A DNA stretch of 64,000 bases from an uncultured Alphaproteobacteria bacterium. Its GTDB lineage: Bacteria > Pseudomonadota > Alphaproteobacteria > Rhizobiales > Methyloligellaceae. The notes below the pieces were generated by a model. The model saw nothing but the letters and a program-made list of their open reading frames with translations. It was not told the DNA's origin and did no database searches. The position numbers and the translations under genes are program-made. This document shows, piece after piece, positions 8,793-18,474 of this stretch (within the stretch, counting starts at the first letter, position 1; each line of letters opens with the position of its first letter). Where the stretch lies: NCBI GenBank assembly GCA_963741155.1, contig CAVUHA010000010.1, positions 620,322 through 684,321 of the forward strand, in the 5' to 3' direction.

Positions 8793-9919
8793 GCGCGACC
8801 GCGGTTGAGAAGTCACGCGCCGCCGCCGAACCCGATCGCCTCGAAGGATTCTCCAGCCCACGCGAGGTTGACCGCGTGTTCGGCCATGGCGCGGCGCTTG
8901 CGGAGTTCGGGGAGGCGTTGGCGAGTGGCCGCATGCACCATGCCTGGCTGCTCGCGGGCCCCGAAGGCATTGGCAAGGCGACGCTCGCCTATAGCCTTGC
9001 CCGGGCCATGCTGGCGCAGAGCGAGCGACCGGACGCTGAGCTGGAGGCGATCGGAGCTGGTCATCCCGTGTTCCGCAAGGTGGCGGCGCTGTCGCATCCG
9101 AATCTGCTGCTGATCAGACGCTCTTGGATCGAGAAGACGAAGCGCTATTCGCAATGGATTGGCGTCGAGGAGGTGCGGCGCTTGCGCGCTTTCCTGGGCA
9201 ACAGCGCGGGCGAGCGGGGCTGGCGCGTGGTCGTCGTCGACCGGGCGGACGAGCTCAACCCGAACGCGGCCAACGCGCTTCTGAAGACGCTGGAGGAACC
9301 GCCGCCGCAAACCCTGTTCCTTTTGGTCGCGGGCGCCGAGGGGCGCCTGCCCGTCACTATTCGCTCGCGCATGCGGACCCTGCGGGTTGCGCCGCTTGCG
9401 GCCGAGGACCTGGAAGGTGCCGTGCGGGCGGCGCTCACCCGCGACGGCCATGAGGTGGACGAGGCCACGTTGCAAACCGCGCTCGACTTGAGCGAGGGAA
9501 GTGTGCGGCGCGTGCTTGAGCTTGCGACTGGCGAGGGCATCGCGCTGCACGGCGAGGTCGTTGCGCTCTTGAGCACGTTGCCGCACTTCGACGGGGCGCG
9601 GCTGCATCGGCTCGTGGAGCGGCTGGGGGTGCCTAGCGAGAGCGAGACGCTCGAGCTTTTCGTCTCCCTCTTGCTCGGGTTCTTGGAGCGGCTCGTCCGG
9701 GCAAGCGCCACGGAAGAGGCCCTCGACCCCAAGGATCAGGAGCTCGCCGCGCGCTTCATCGGCCCTGGCAACCGCGCCTATTGGGCGGAAGCCTGGGAAG
9801 CCATTGGCCGCGCCCAGACCGAGGCGTCCATCCTCAATCTTGATCGCAGCCTGTTCCTGCTCGAAACCGTCTCCCGATTGCAGCAGCTCGTGCGCGACCA
9901 CCCGGTGCAGCAGGCTTAA
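8789..9919 (+). CDS. holB: DNA polymerase III subunit delta-prime
   Basis: HHAWLLAGPEGIGKATLA and NALLKTLEEPP motifs. ATG 8789 overlaps the tmk TGA. Confidence 0.85.
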   Translation: MSATAVEKSRAAAEPDRLEGFSSPREVDRVFGHGAALAEFGEALASGRMHHAWLLAGPEGIGKATLAYSLARAMLAQSERPDAELEAIGAGHPVFRKVAALSHPNLLLIRRSWIEKTKRYSQWIGVEEVRRLRAFLGNSAGERGWRVVVVDRADELNPNAANALLKTLEEPPPQTLFLLVAGAEGRLPVTIRSRMRTLRVAPLAAEDLEGAVRAALTRDGHEVDEATLQTALDLSEGSVRRVLELATGEGIALHGEVVALLSTLPHFDGARLHRLVERLGVPSESETLELFVSLLLGFLERLVRASATEEALDPKDQELAARFIGPGNRAYWAEAWEAIGRAQTEASILNLDRSLFLLETVSRLQQLVRDHPVQQA

Positions 9920-9979
9920 CCTTTGCCTTTCGACCATGCGCGCTTGCCCCTACGCAATCGCAAGGCTATTCCTCCCGCC

Positions 9980-11554
9980 ATGGCAGAGAAGCGGGCCTAT
10001 TACATCACCACTGCCATCTCCTATCCGAACGACGCGCCCCATATCGGCCATGCCTATGAGGCCGTGGCGGCCGACGCGCTTGCGCGCTTTCGGCGTCTAC
10101 AAGGCATGGACGTGTTCTTCCTGACCGGCACCGATGAGCATGGCATCAAGATGCTGCAAACGGCGCGGAAGCAGGGCATCACGCCGGCCGAGCTCGCCGA
10201 CCGGAACACGCCGCGCTTCCGCGAAATGGTCGCCGCCCTCAACTGCTCCAACGACGATTTCATTCGCACGCGGGAAGCGCGCCATGCGCGGGCCTGCGAG
10301 GAACTTTGGCGGCGCATGCAGGCGAACGGCGATATTTATCTCGGCAAATATGCCGGCTGGTACTCGGTGCGCGACGAAGCCTATTACGACGCAAGCGAGC
10401 TGAAGGAGGCGGCGGACGGCACCAAGCTCTCGCCGCAGGGCACGCCCGTCGAGTGGGTCGAGGAGGAGAGCTACTTCTTCAAGCTGTCGGCCTATCAGGA
10501 GTGGCTGCTCGCCCACTATGCTGAGCATCCGGAGTTCATCGGGCCGGAGACGCGGGCGAATGAGGTGACCAGCTTCGTGCGTGGAGGCTTGCAGGACCTC
10601 TCCATCTCCCGCACCACTTTCGACTGGGGCATTCCCGTGCCCGGTGATCCGAAGCACATCATGTATGTGTGGGTCGATGCGCTGACCAACTATTTGACCG
10701 GCGTCGGCTTCCCCGACGAGGCGTCGGCCAAGTTCAAGCGCTTCTGGCCGGCCGACGTGCACATCATCGGCAAGGACATCATTCGCTTTCACACCGTCTA
10801 CTGGCCGGCCTTCCTGTTGTCGGCGGGGGTTACGCTGCCGAAACGCGTCTTTGGCCATGGATTTCTCTATAACCGCGGGGAGAAGATGTCGAAGTCGGTG
10901 GGCAACGTGGTCGACCCCTTCGTGCTCGTGGACGACTATGGCGTCGATCCTCTCCGCTATTTCCTGCTGCGCGAGGTGCCGTTCGGCCAGGACGGCCACT
11001 ATTCCCGCGAGGCCATCGTGCAGCGGATTAATGCCGACCTTGCCAATGACCTCGGCAATCTCGCCCAGCGTTCGCTCTCGATGATCGCCAAGAATTGCGG
11101 GGGCGTAGTGCCCGCGCCCGGTCCGTTCACCGAAGCCGACGCGACGATCTTGGCTGCCGCCGATGCGTGCCTTGCGCGGGTCGAGCAGGCCATCGATGCC
11201 TTCGCCATCCATCGGGCGCTGGAAGTGCTTTGGGCGGTCATCGCCGACGCCAATCGCTATTTCGCGGGCGAGCAGCCTTGGGCGCACAAGAAGACTGACC
11301 CCGAGCGCATGGGCACGATCCTTTATGTGACGGCGGAAGTGCTGCGGCAGGTTGGCATACTGGTGCAGCCGATCATGCCGGAGAGCGCCGCGAAGCTGCT
11401 CGATCAGCTCGGCGTGGCCCAGCAAGCACGCGATTTCACCACGCTTGGACCTGCTGGGCGGCTCGCGCCGGGTACTGAGCTGCCGCCACCGCAAGCGGTG
11501 TTCCCGCGTCATGCCGAGGCGGGGGCGCCCGCGCCCGAGCAGCCCGTCCTCTGA
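9980..11554 (+). CDS. metG: Methionine--tRNA ligase
   Basis: HIGH-type motif PHIGHAYE and KMSKS motif EKMSKSVGN. Start set at [11 protein letters not shown] (ATG 9980). Confidence 0.95.
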   Translation: MAEKRAYYITTAISYPNDAPHIGHAYEAVAADALARFRRLQGMDVFFLTGTDEHGIKMLQTARKQGITPAELADRNTPRFREMVAALNCSNDDFIRTREARHARACEELWRRMQANGDIYLGKYAGWYSVRDEAYYDASELKEAADGTKLSPQGTPVEWVEEESYFFKLSAYQEWLLAHYAEHPEFIGPETRANEVTSFVRGGLQDLSISRTTFDWGIPVPGDPKHIMYVWVDALTNYLTGVGFPDEASAKFKRFWPADVHIIGKDIIRFHTVYWPAFLLSAGVTLPKRVFGHGFLYNRGEKMSKSVGNVVDPFVLVDDYGVDPLRYFLLREVPFGQDGHYSREAIVQRINADLANDLGNLAQRSLSMIAKNCGGVVPAPGPFTEADATILAAADACLARVEQAIDAFAIHRALEVLWAVIADANRYFAGEQPWAHKKTDPERMGTILYVTAEVLRQVGILVQPIMPESAAKLLDQLGVAQQARDFTTLGPAGRLAPGTELPPPQAVFPRHAEAGAPAPEQPVL

Positions 11555-12354
11555 TGCTCATCGACAGCCACTGCCATCTCGATTTTCCTGATCTCGCTTC
11601 CGAGCGAGACGCCGTGCTCGCGCGGGCGGGCGCGGCGGGGGTGGGCTTGATGGTGACGATCTCGACGCGGGTGCGCCGCTTTGACGAGTTGCGTGCCATC
11701 GTGGACGCGCATGGCAACGTTTTCTGCTCGGTCGGTACGCACCCGCACCACGCGGCGGAGGAGCCCGACGTGACGGCCGATGAGCTCGTGGCGTTGGCGC
11801 GCCACCCCAAGGTGGTGGCGATCGGTGAGGCGGGGCTCGACTATCACTACGACAACAGCCCGCGTGAGACGCAGGAGCAAGGCTTCCGCACGCATATCGC
11901 GGCGGCGCGGGCGACAGGGCTGGCGCTCGTCATCCATGCCCGCGATGCGGACGCGGACGTCGCGCGCATCCTTGAAGAGGAGACGGCCAGAGGTGCGTTC
12001 CCCTTTGTGCTGCATTGCTTCACCGGTGGGTCCGAGCTTGCGCGGCGGGGCCTCGCGCTTGGCGGCTATGTATCCTTCTCCGGTGTGCTGACCTTCAAGA
12101 ACTCCGGCGCCTTGCGCGATATTGCGCAGCAGGTGCCGCTCGATCGGCTGCTGGTGGAGACCGATGCGCCTTATTTGGCGCCGGAGCCCTTGCGGGGGCG
12201 CACCAACGAGCCGGCCAATGTGGTCCACACGGCGGCGCGGCTCGCGGCGGTGCGGCAGATAAGTGTGGACGAAATGGCGCAGGCGACCACCGAGAATTTC
12301 TTCCGGCTGTTCAAGAAGGTGCCGCGCGCGGCGCTGTATTCGCGCGCCCAATGA
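11554..12354 (+). CDS. tatD: TatD-family metal-dependent hydrolase (DNase)
   Basis: [25 protein letters not shown]. The ATG overlaps the metG stop (TGATG). Confidence 0.9.
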   Translation: MLIDSHCHLDFPDLASERDAVLARAGAAGVGLMVTISTRVRRFDELRAIVDAHGNVFCSVGTHPHHAAEEPDVTADELVALARHPKVVAIGEAGLDYHYDNSPRETQEQGFRTHIAAARATGLALVIHARDADADVARILEEETARGAFPFVLHCFTGGSELARRGLALGGYVSFSGVLTFKNSGALRDIAQQVPLDRLLVETDAPYLAPEPLRGRTNEPANVVHTAARLAAVRQISVDEMAQATTENFFRLFKKVPRAALYSRAQ

Positions 12355-13151
12355 CCTTGAAGCTCACCATCCTTGGCTGCGGTACATCGGGCGGCGTGCC
12401 CCGCATCGGCAACAACTGGGGCGCGTGTGACCCATCGAACCCCAAAAACCGCCGGCGGCGCTGCTCGGTTCTCGTCGAGCGCGAGGGCGGCGAGGGCTCC
12501 ACGACGGTGCTCGTGGACACTTCGCCTGACCTGCGCGCGCAGCTGCTCGGTGCGGCCGTGTGCTGGGTCGACGCCGTGCTCTTCACCCATGATCACGCCG
12601 ACCATGTGCATGGCATCGATGATCTGCGCGCGGTGGCCTTCAACGGCAACGCCCGCGTCGATGTCTACCACGATGCTGCCACCGGGCGGGACCTCAAGGC
12701 GAGGTTCGCCTATTGCTTCGAGACGCAGCCCGGCAGCGACTATCCTCCCATCCTCAATGCTCATGACATCAGGGCGGGCGAGCCGGTCCTTATCGATGGG
12801 GCAGGGGGTGTCATCGAGGCGCTGCCGTTCCGGCAGATTCATGGTTCAGGCGAGACGCTCGGCTTCCGCTTCGGCGGCATTGCCTATTCGCCTGATATGA
12901 GTGATTTGCCGGAGGAGTTGCTCGGCTTTCTGCTGGATCTCGACGTGTGGGTCATCGACTCGCTCCGCTACACGAGCCATCCCTCCCATCTCAGCGTCGC
13001 GCAGGCGCTGGCGTGGATCGACAGGGTGCGGCCGAAACGCGCCGTGCTCACCCATATGCATATCGACCTCGATTACGAATTGCTGAAGCGCGAACTGCCG
13101 CCAGGCGTCGAGCCGAGTTATGACGGCATGGTGCTGACAACGGCGAGTTAA
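12351..13151 (+). CDS. MBL-fold metallo-hydrolase
   Basis: HxHxDH motif FTHDHADHVHG. Start at MTLKLTILGCGTSGG (ATG 12351), forming an ATGA overlap with tatD. The ORF-track start at 12015 lies inside tatD. Confidence 0.8.
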   Translation: MTLKLTILGCGTSGGVPRIGNNWGACDPSNPKNRRRRCSVLVEREGGEGSTTVLVDTSPDLRAQLLGAAVCWVDAVLFTHDHADHVHGIDDLRAVAFNGNARVDVYHDAATGRDLKARFAYCFETQPGSDYPPILNAHDIRAGEPVLIDGAGGVIEALPFRQIHGSGETLGFRFGGIAYSPDMSDLPEELLGFLLDLDVWVIDSLRYTSHPSHLSVAQALAWIDRVRPKRAVLTHMHIDLDYELLKRELPPGVEPSYDGMVLTTAS

Positions 13152-13395
13152 CCCAAAGATTTGTCAATGTTTTCCGGCGCAAGACGCGATCTTTACTTGA
13201 CATAGCGCCCGGCCGCCTCCATGTTCGCCACACCGATTGCTCGCGATCGCGCGAAGCGGCTGCCTAAACTGGCGGCCCTCACTCCCGAGACAATTCCAAT
13301 TCAACTGCCTGACCCTGTTGCGCGTGGGAGTGGGCTCAACGAGCTCTCACGACCGCTGATGCCAGGCGGCGCGTGTTTGAATCATAAGGTAACCA

Positions 13396-14745
13396 ATGAC
13401 ACCATCTTCTTTCGACGGCTTCGGCCTCGCCGAGCCGCTGCGACGTGCGCTCAATACTGAGAACCATCACAGACCTACACCCATCCAGGCGCAGGCGATC
13501 CCTTATTTGACACAAGGCAAGGATCTGCTCGGCATTGCCCAGACGGGCACCGGCAAGACCGCGGCCTTTGCGCTCCCGATCCTTCAGCGTCTTGCGGCAG
13601 AGCGCCGCCCGCGCGTGCCGGGGCGCCCGCACGCACTGATCCTCGCGCCGACGCGCGAGCTCGCCTGCCAGATCGATGAGCGCTTCCGCGCTTATGGACG
13701 CGGCCTTGGCCTGAAGTCGGCCGTCATCTTGGGCGGCGTGGGACAGGGCAAGCAGGTGCAGGCGCTGGTCGCCGGCGTCGACATCCTGATTGCGACGCCC
13801 GGGCGTTTGCTCGATCTGCACAGCCAGCGCCATGTGAGCCTGGCGGAGGTTTCGATCCTCGTGCTCGACGAGGCCGACCGTATGCTGGACATGGGCTTCA
13901 TTCGTGACGTGCGGAAGATCGTCGCCGCCTGCCCGAAGCAGCGCCAGACGCTCCTGTTCTCTGCGACCATGCCCACCGATATCGCCAAGCTCGCGGCCGA
14001 GATCCTGCGGGACCCGATTCGCGTCGACGTCTCGCCGGCCAAGATCACGGCCGATCGTATCGACCAGCGCGTCTATTTCGTGCCGGCGCAAGCCAAGCGC
14101 GTGCTGCTCAACGAGCTCCTCGCCGATCCCGCCATGGACCGCGTGCTCGTCTTCACCCGCACCAAGCGGAATGCCGACCGGGTCTGCCGGGCCTTGCAGC
14201 AGGCGGGCGTCGTAGCGGAAGCGCTGCACGGGAACAAGGCGCAGAATGCGCGGGTGCGTGCGCTCGACGCATTCCGCAGCGGCCGTGCACGTGTCCTCGT
14301 CGCCACCGATATCGCCGCGCGGGGCATCGACGTACCGGGGGTCTCGCACGTCATCAATTATGAGCTGCCGAACGAACCGGAAAGCTATGTGCACCGCATC
14401 GGCCGCACCGCGCGTGCGGGCGCCGGAGGGGATGCCATCGCGTTTTGCGATCCGAGCGAACGGTCCTATCTCAAAGCCATCGAGCGCCTGACGCGGGTAT
14501 CGGTGCCCGTGGCCGAGCATCGCCTGGCGCAAGGCCAACCCGCGATTTCGCATCAGCAACGACCCACCCGCGATCAACGGCCGACGCGCGCCGCGGGCAG
14601 GCCACTACCAAAGCACCATCAGCGGTCGCGAGATCAGCGCCCCGAGGGACGCTCCCGGGGTGAGCATTCCGAGGGCGTATTTGCCACTGTCGCGCGGACT
14701 CCCAAACCTCGCGGGACCGGCCGCTTCGCAGGAGACCTGAGATGA
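13396..14745 (+). CDS. rhlE: DEAD-box ATP-dependent RNA helicase (RhlE-like) with Arg-rich C-terminal tail
   Basis: AQTGTGKT, DEAD, SAT and HRIGRTAR motifs. Preceded by a 244-nt untranslated spacer. Confidence 0.92.
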   Translation: MTPSSFDGFGLAEPLRRALNTENHHRPTPIQAQAIPYLTQGKDLLGIAQTGTGKTAAFALPILQRLAAERRPRVPGRPHALILAPTRELACQIDERFRAYGRGLGLKSAVILGGVGQGKQVQALVAGVDILIATPGRLLDLHSQRHVSLAEVSILVLDEADRMLDMGFIRDVRKIVAACPKQRQTLLFSATMPTDIAKLAAEILRDPIRVDVSPAKITADRIDQRVYFVPAQAKRVLLNELLADPAMDRVLVFTRTKRNADRVCRALQQAGVVAEALHGNKAQNARVRALDAFRSGRARVLVATDIAARGIDVPGVSHVINYELPNEPESYVHRIGRTARAGAGGDAIAFCDPSERSYLKAIERLTRVSVPVAEHRLAQGQPAISHQQRPTRDQRPTRAAGRPLPKHHQRSRDQRPEGRSRGEHSEGVFATVARTPKPRGTGRFAGDLR

Positions 14746-14975
14746 ACCGATTCCCTCCACGCGTGAGCGCGGCTAGGCGCAACGCCGAAGCCATGTTGAA
14801 TAAGACCAAGAAGAAGGAACAGAATTTCAAGCAGGAACAGGAGCGCGAGCGCGACGCCCTCGCGCTCAAGTCGGCGCGCTTACGCGATCTGCGCTTGGCC
14901 AAGGAGGCCGCCGACCGGGTTGCGGCAGAAGCGTCACCTCCGGCACGTAAAGCCGGGCGCGCCAGGCAGAAATAG
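14742..14975 (+). CDS. Small Lys/Arg/Glu-rich hypothetical protein (77 aa)
   Basis: ATG overlaps the rhlE stop (ATGA). Highly charged, coiled-coil-like sequence. No recognisable family. Confidence 0.5.
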   Translation: MNRFPPRVSAARRNAEAMLNKTKKKEQNFKQEQERERDALALKSARLRDLRLAKEAADRVAAEASPPARKAGRARQK

Positions 14976-14990
14976 CGAAGGACACGCGAG

Positions 14991-15221
14991 ATGGCGTTCA
15001 AACCCAACTACAATCAGCAACGTTCGGACCGTAACCGCGCGAAGGATCAAAAGAAGCAGGTCAAGCTGCAGCGTCGCGAAGAGGAAGCCGCCAAGCGTAG
15101 GGCCGCTCGTGGCGAAACCACTGGCGGCGAGGTCACGGGTGACGAAACCACAAGTGGTGAAACCACGAGTGGTGAAGCCGCCTCCGGCGGCCGGTCCGAC
15201 CCCGAGCGTAACCGGTCCTAA
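14991..15221 (+). CDS. Small basic hypothetical protein (76 aa) with C-terminal G-E-T-T-S pentapeptide repeats
   Basis: MAFKPNYNQQRSDRNRAKDQKK... The N-terminus resembles conserved small proteins of Rhizobiales (recollection only). The C-terminus is encoded by a 5 x 15-bp tandem repeat. Confidence 0.55.
   Translation: MAFKPNYNQQRSDRNRAKDQKKQVKLQRREEEAAKRRAARGETTGGEVTGDETTSGETTSGEAASGGRSDPERNRS
15111..15185 (+). repeat. Five imperfect 15-bp tandem units encoding GETTG-GEVTG-DETTS-GETTS-GEAAS
   Basis: Read directly: ggcgaaaccactggc ggcgaggtcacgggt gacgaaaccacaagt ggtgaaaccacgagt ggtgaagccgcctcc. Confidence 0.75.
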
Positions 15222-15246
15222 TCAAGTCATTAGTCTGGAACAGCCC

Positions 15247-15486
15247 ATGGGTCGCAAGAAACCAACTGTCGTGAATGGCTTCGTGCTGTTCGACGTCCTC
15301 TATGAGGACGGCACGCAAACCTCCAATCGCAAGGTGCCGGCCGCCGACCTTGGCGGGCTGGACGGCGACGAGCCGGCGCGTACCTTTGTCGAGATGCAGG
15401 ACCGCAAGATCGGCGAAATGTCCGGCACCTCGCGCGCGCGCATCAAGTCGATCGCCCGCGCGCGCAAGCGCGTTGTTTCGGGCTAA
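15247..15486 (+). CDS. Small conserved hypothetical protein (79 aa)
   Basis: MGRKKPTVVNGFVLFDVLYEDGTQTSNRKV...MQDRKIGEMSG. It is an internal ATG of track ORF 14920..15486. The upstream part of that ORF overlaps the preceding small gene out of frame. Confidence 0.55.
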   Translation: MGRKKPTVVNGFVLFDVLYEDGTQTSNRKVPAADLGGLDGDEPARTFVEMQDRKIGEMSGTSRARIKSIARARKRVVSG

Positions 15487-16190
15487 GCCTTCATGATCTG
15501 GCCGGTCGTCCCCCACTCCGCCATGGCAAGCCTCACGAAGCTCTCCGCCACGTCTTCCGGCGCGGGCAGCGTATTGGGATCTTCGCCCGGATAGGCCTCG
15601 GCGCGCATGCGCGTGGCGACCGCGCCGGGATCGATCACGTTCACCTTGATGGCGCTGCTCGCGGTCTCGTTGGCGTAGGTCCTGGCCAAGCATTCAAGCG
15701 CGGCCTTAGAAACGGAGTAGGGCGCCCAATTGGCTCTGGCGCTCCGTGCCACGCCAGAGGTCATGAAAATGACCCGGCCCCCTTCGGAGCGGCGCAGCAA
15801 GGGATCGAGGGTGCGGATTAACCGCCAATTGGCGGTGACATTGACGGCGAAGACGCGCCCCCAATGGGCCGAGGCGATATGGGGCAGGGGCGAGAGCCCC
15901 CCCAGGATGGCGGCATTGCCCACCAGCACGTCCAAGCGTCCGAAGCGCTCATAAAGTGTTGGCCCGAGCGCGTCGATGGCTTTGCCGTCGGCGAGGTCGA
16001 GCGGCACGAGGGTGGCCTTGCCACCTAAAGCTCGGACTTGATCGTCAACGTCCTCGAGGCTTTTGTGCGTGCGAGCGAGCAGGAGTACCTGTGCCCCCTC
16101 GCGCGCAAAGGCGATCGCTACGGCGCGTCCGATCCCGCGCGAGGCGCCGGTGATGAGGGCAATGCGGTCCTTGAGGCGTTGTTCGTTCAA
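15483..16190 (-). CDS. SDR-family oxidoreductase
   Basis: TGASRGIG cofactor motif and YSVSK catalytic YxxxK. Start placed at TTG 16190, which overlaps the purF TGA (TTGA). The ORF-track start at 16277 would overlap purF by 90 nt. Confidence 0.82.
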   Translation of the reverse strand: MNEQRLKDRIALITGASRGIGRAVAIAFAREGAQVLLLARTHKSLEDVDDQVRALGGKATLVPLDLADGKAIDALGPTLYERFGRLDVLVGNAAILGGLSPLPHIASAHWGRVFAVNVTANWRLIRTLDPLLRRSEGGRVIFMTSGVARSARANWAPYSVSKAALECLARTYANETASSAIKVNVIDPGAVATRMRAEAYPGEDPNTLPAPEDVAESFVRLAMAEWGTTGQIMKA

Positions 16191-17665
16191 CCGACTTCGG
16201 CGAGGAAGGAAAGCTGCTTCTGCTGCGGAGGCCCTTCGCGATCTCTGAGCCTGGTGGGATATTCGCCGGTGAAGCAATGGTCGGTGAATTGCGGGTGGAT
16301 GGGATCACGTCCCTCGTAGCCCATCGCCCGATAGATGCCGTCCACCGACAGAAATTCGAGGGAATCGGCGCCAATGAACCTCCGCATTTCCTCTAGGTTT
16401 CGGGTGGCGGCGAGCAGCTTGTCCTGGTCGGGCGTGTCGATGCCGTAGAAATCGGGATGGGTGATGGGGGGGCTCGAAATGCGCATATGCACTTCGCTAG
16501 CCCCGGCCTCGCGCATCATCTGCACGATCTTCACCGAGGTCGTGCCGCGCACCACGCTGTCGTCCAAGAGCACGATACGCTTGCCCCTCACTTGCGCCTC
16601 GTTGGCACTGTGCTTCAGCTTGACGCCAAGCTGACGGATGCGCTGCTCGGGCTCGATGAAGGTACGGCCGACATAGTGATTGCGGATGATGCCAAACTCG
16701 AAGGGGATGCCGGATTCCTGCGAATAGCCGATCGCCGCCGGCACCCCGGAATCGGGAATGGGGATGACCACCTCGGCGTTGGCCGGTGCCTCGCGCGCCA
16801 ATTGCCGGCCCATCTCCTTGCGCACGTCATAGACGGAGCGGCCGCCGACGATCGAGTCGGGCCGCGCGAAATAGATATATTCAAAGATGCAGAGCCGCGC
16901 CGGATATTGCGGCACGAAGCGGTGGCTCTCCAGCCCCTCGCGCGTGATTACCACGACCTCACCGTTCTCCACCTCGCGCACGAACTCGGCGCCGATGATG
17001 TCGAGCGCGCAGGTCTCCGACGCGAGCACCCAGGCCTCGCCGAGCTTGCCTAATACCAGCGGCCGGATGCCAAAGGGGTCGCGGGCGCCAATGAGCTTCT
17101 TGTTGGTGATGCCGACGAGGGCGTAGGCCCCCTCCACCTGGAGCAGGGCCTCCACGAATTTCTCGACGAAGTGCGCCTTCTCGCTGCGGGCCACGAGATG
17201 CAGGATCACCTCGGTATCGGTGGTGGATTGGCAGATGGCGCCCTTCTTGATCAGTCGCTCGCGCACGGTGAGCGCGTTGGTGAGATTGCCGTTATGGGCG
17301 AGCGCAAAGCCGCCGGAATCGAGATCGACGAACAGCGGCTGCACGTTGCGCAGGATGGGATCGCCGCAGGTCGAATAGCGCACGTGGCCGATGGCCATGT
17401 CGCCCATGAGCCGGTCGATCACCTGGCTCGAGGTGAAATGATCGCCGACGAGGCCGAGGCGGCGCTCCGTATGGAAGTGGCTGCCGTCGAAGCTGACGAT
17501 GCCCGCGGCCTCCTGCCCCCTATGCTGGAGTGCGTGCAGGCCGAGGGCCGTCAGCGCCGCCGCATCCGGATGGTTAAAGATGCCGAAAACGCCGCACTCC
17601 TCGTGCAGCCGGTCTTCCTCAAGCCAGCTCAAGCAGCAATCATTGGGGTCGACGTGGTCTGTCAC
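16187..17665 (-). CDS. purF: Amidophosphoribosyltransferase
   Basis: N-terminal nucleophile context ECGVFGI. PRPP-binding loop VLLDDSVVRGTT. Confidence 0.95.
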   Translation of the reverse strand: MTDHVDPNDCCLSWLEEDRLHEECGVFGIFNHPDAAALTALGLHALQHRGQEAAGIVSFDGSHFHTERRLGLVGDHFTSSQVIDRLMGDMAIGHVRYSTCGDPILRNVQPLFVDLDSGGFALAHNGNLTNALTVRERLIKKGAICQSTTDTEVILHLVARSEKAHFVEKFVEALLQVEGAYALVGITNKKLIGARDPFGIRPLVLGKLGEAWVLASETCALDIIGAEFVREVENGEVVVITREGLESHRFVPQYPARLCIFEYIYFARPDSIVGGRSVYDVRKEMGRQLAREAPANAEVVIPIPDSGVPAAIGYSQESGIPFEFGIIRNHYVGRTFIEPEQRIRQLGVKLKHSANEAQVRGKRIVLLDDSVVRGTTSVKIVQMMREAGASEVHMRISSPPITHPDFYGIDTPDQDKLLAATRNLEEMRRFIGADSLEFLSVDGIYRAMGYEGRDPIHPQFTDHCFTGEYPTRLRDREGPPQQKQLSFLAEVG

Positions 17666-17683
17666 GGGCGTCCTCGTCTCCAG

Positions 17684-18361
17684 TTAGATAGTCTTAGCCG
17701 ACGACGCTTCAATCCCAGTTACCACGCGCACTTTCGAATAGCCGGCCGAAGGGGGCCTTTCCGCTTCCGAGCGCTGGCCGGGGGCCGGGGCGGCGGCGGG
17801 CGGAGCCGCAGGCTGCGTGTCAGGCGGCGCCTCAGGCTGCCCCTCGGCCGGGGCCTCCGGCTTCAACTGCCCTGGCAGGTATTGCTCGGGGTTGAGCGGC
17901 ATCAGCAATTCGATCGCCACCTGGGTCTGCTTGAGAATGGGGTAGGACTTGGCCTCGACGATCCAGCTTGGCTGATCGCGGGCCAGGGCGCTGAACAGGA
18001 TGAAGACGATGGCCACGAGGAGGAAGCCCCGCGCCAGCCCGAAGATGAAGCCGAGCGTGCGATCGAGCGCGCCGACCCGGCTGTCCAGCACACGGTCGGA
18101 GATGCGGAAGGTGATCAGGCTGACCACGATCAGCACGATGATAAAGACGCCGGCGGCAAACGCGATCTGGGCGACGCCTGGGGAGGGGAAGTAGCCCTCG
18201 ACCGTATGCCAATATTTTGGGGTGAGATAGAGGGCGGCGACGGCGGCCATGGCCCAGGAGAAGATCGATAGCACCTCGCGGGTGAAACCGCGCACCATGG
18301 CGAGGAAGCCGGACACGAGCATGATGGCGATGAGAATGACATCGAGCCAGGAGATGGGCAT
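17684..18361 (-). CDS. cvpA: CvpA-family membrane protein
   Basis: Four hydrophobic segments beginning MPISWLDVILIAIMLVSGFLAMVRGF. Classical cvpA-purF adjacency. Pro/Ala-rich C-terminal tail. Confidence 0.8.
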   Translation of the reverse strand: MPISWLDVILIAIMLVSGFLAMVRGFTREVLSIFSWAMAAVAALYLTPKYWHTVEGYFPSPGVAQIAFAAGVFIIVLIVVSLITFRISDRVLDSRVGALDRTLGFIFGLARGFLLVAIVFILFSALARDQPSWIVEAKSYPILKQTQVAIELLMPLNPEQYLPGQLKPEAPAEGQPEAPPDTQPAAPPAAAPAPGQRSEAERPPSAGYSKVRVVTGIEASSAKTI

Positions 18362-18474
18362 TGACGCTCCTTCCGCAGCGGCCGGACACTATCACGATTC
18401 CCGGGGATGAAGCACAATCGCTCCGGCCCGGCAATGGCGGAAAACCGGGCGACCGCGTTGTCGCGGGGCGGGTC

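Noticed and set aside
10097-11512. 471-aa minus-strand ORF
   Set aside because: It is antisense to metG, which has HIGH and KMSKS motifs. Its composition is Arg/Gly/His-biased with no motifs.
13336-14577. 413-aa minus-strand ORF
   Set aside because: It is antisense to the DEAD-box helicase gene and looks like a shadow ORF.
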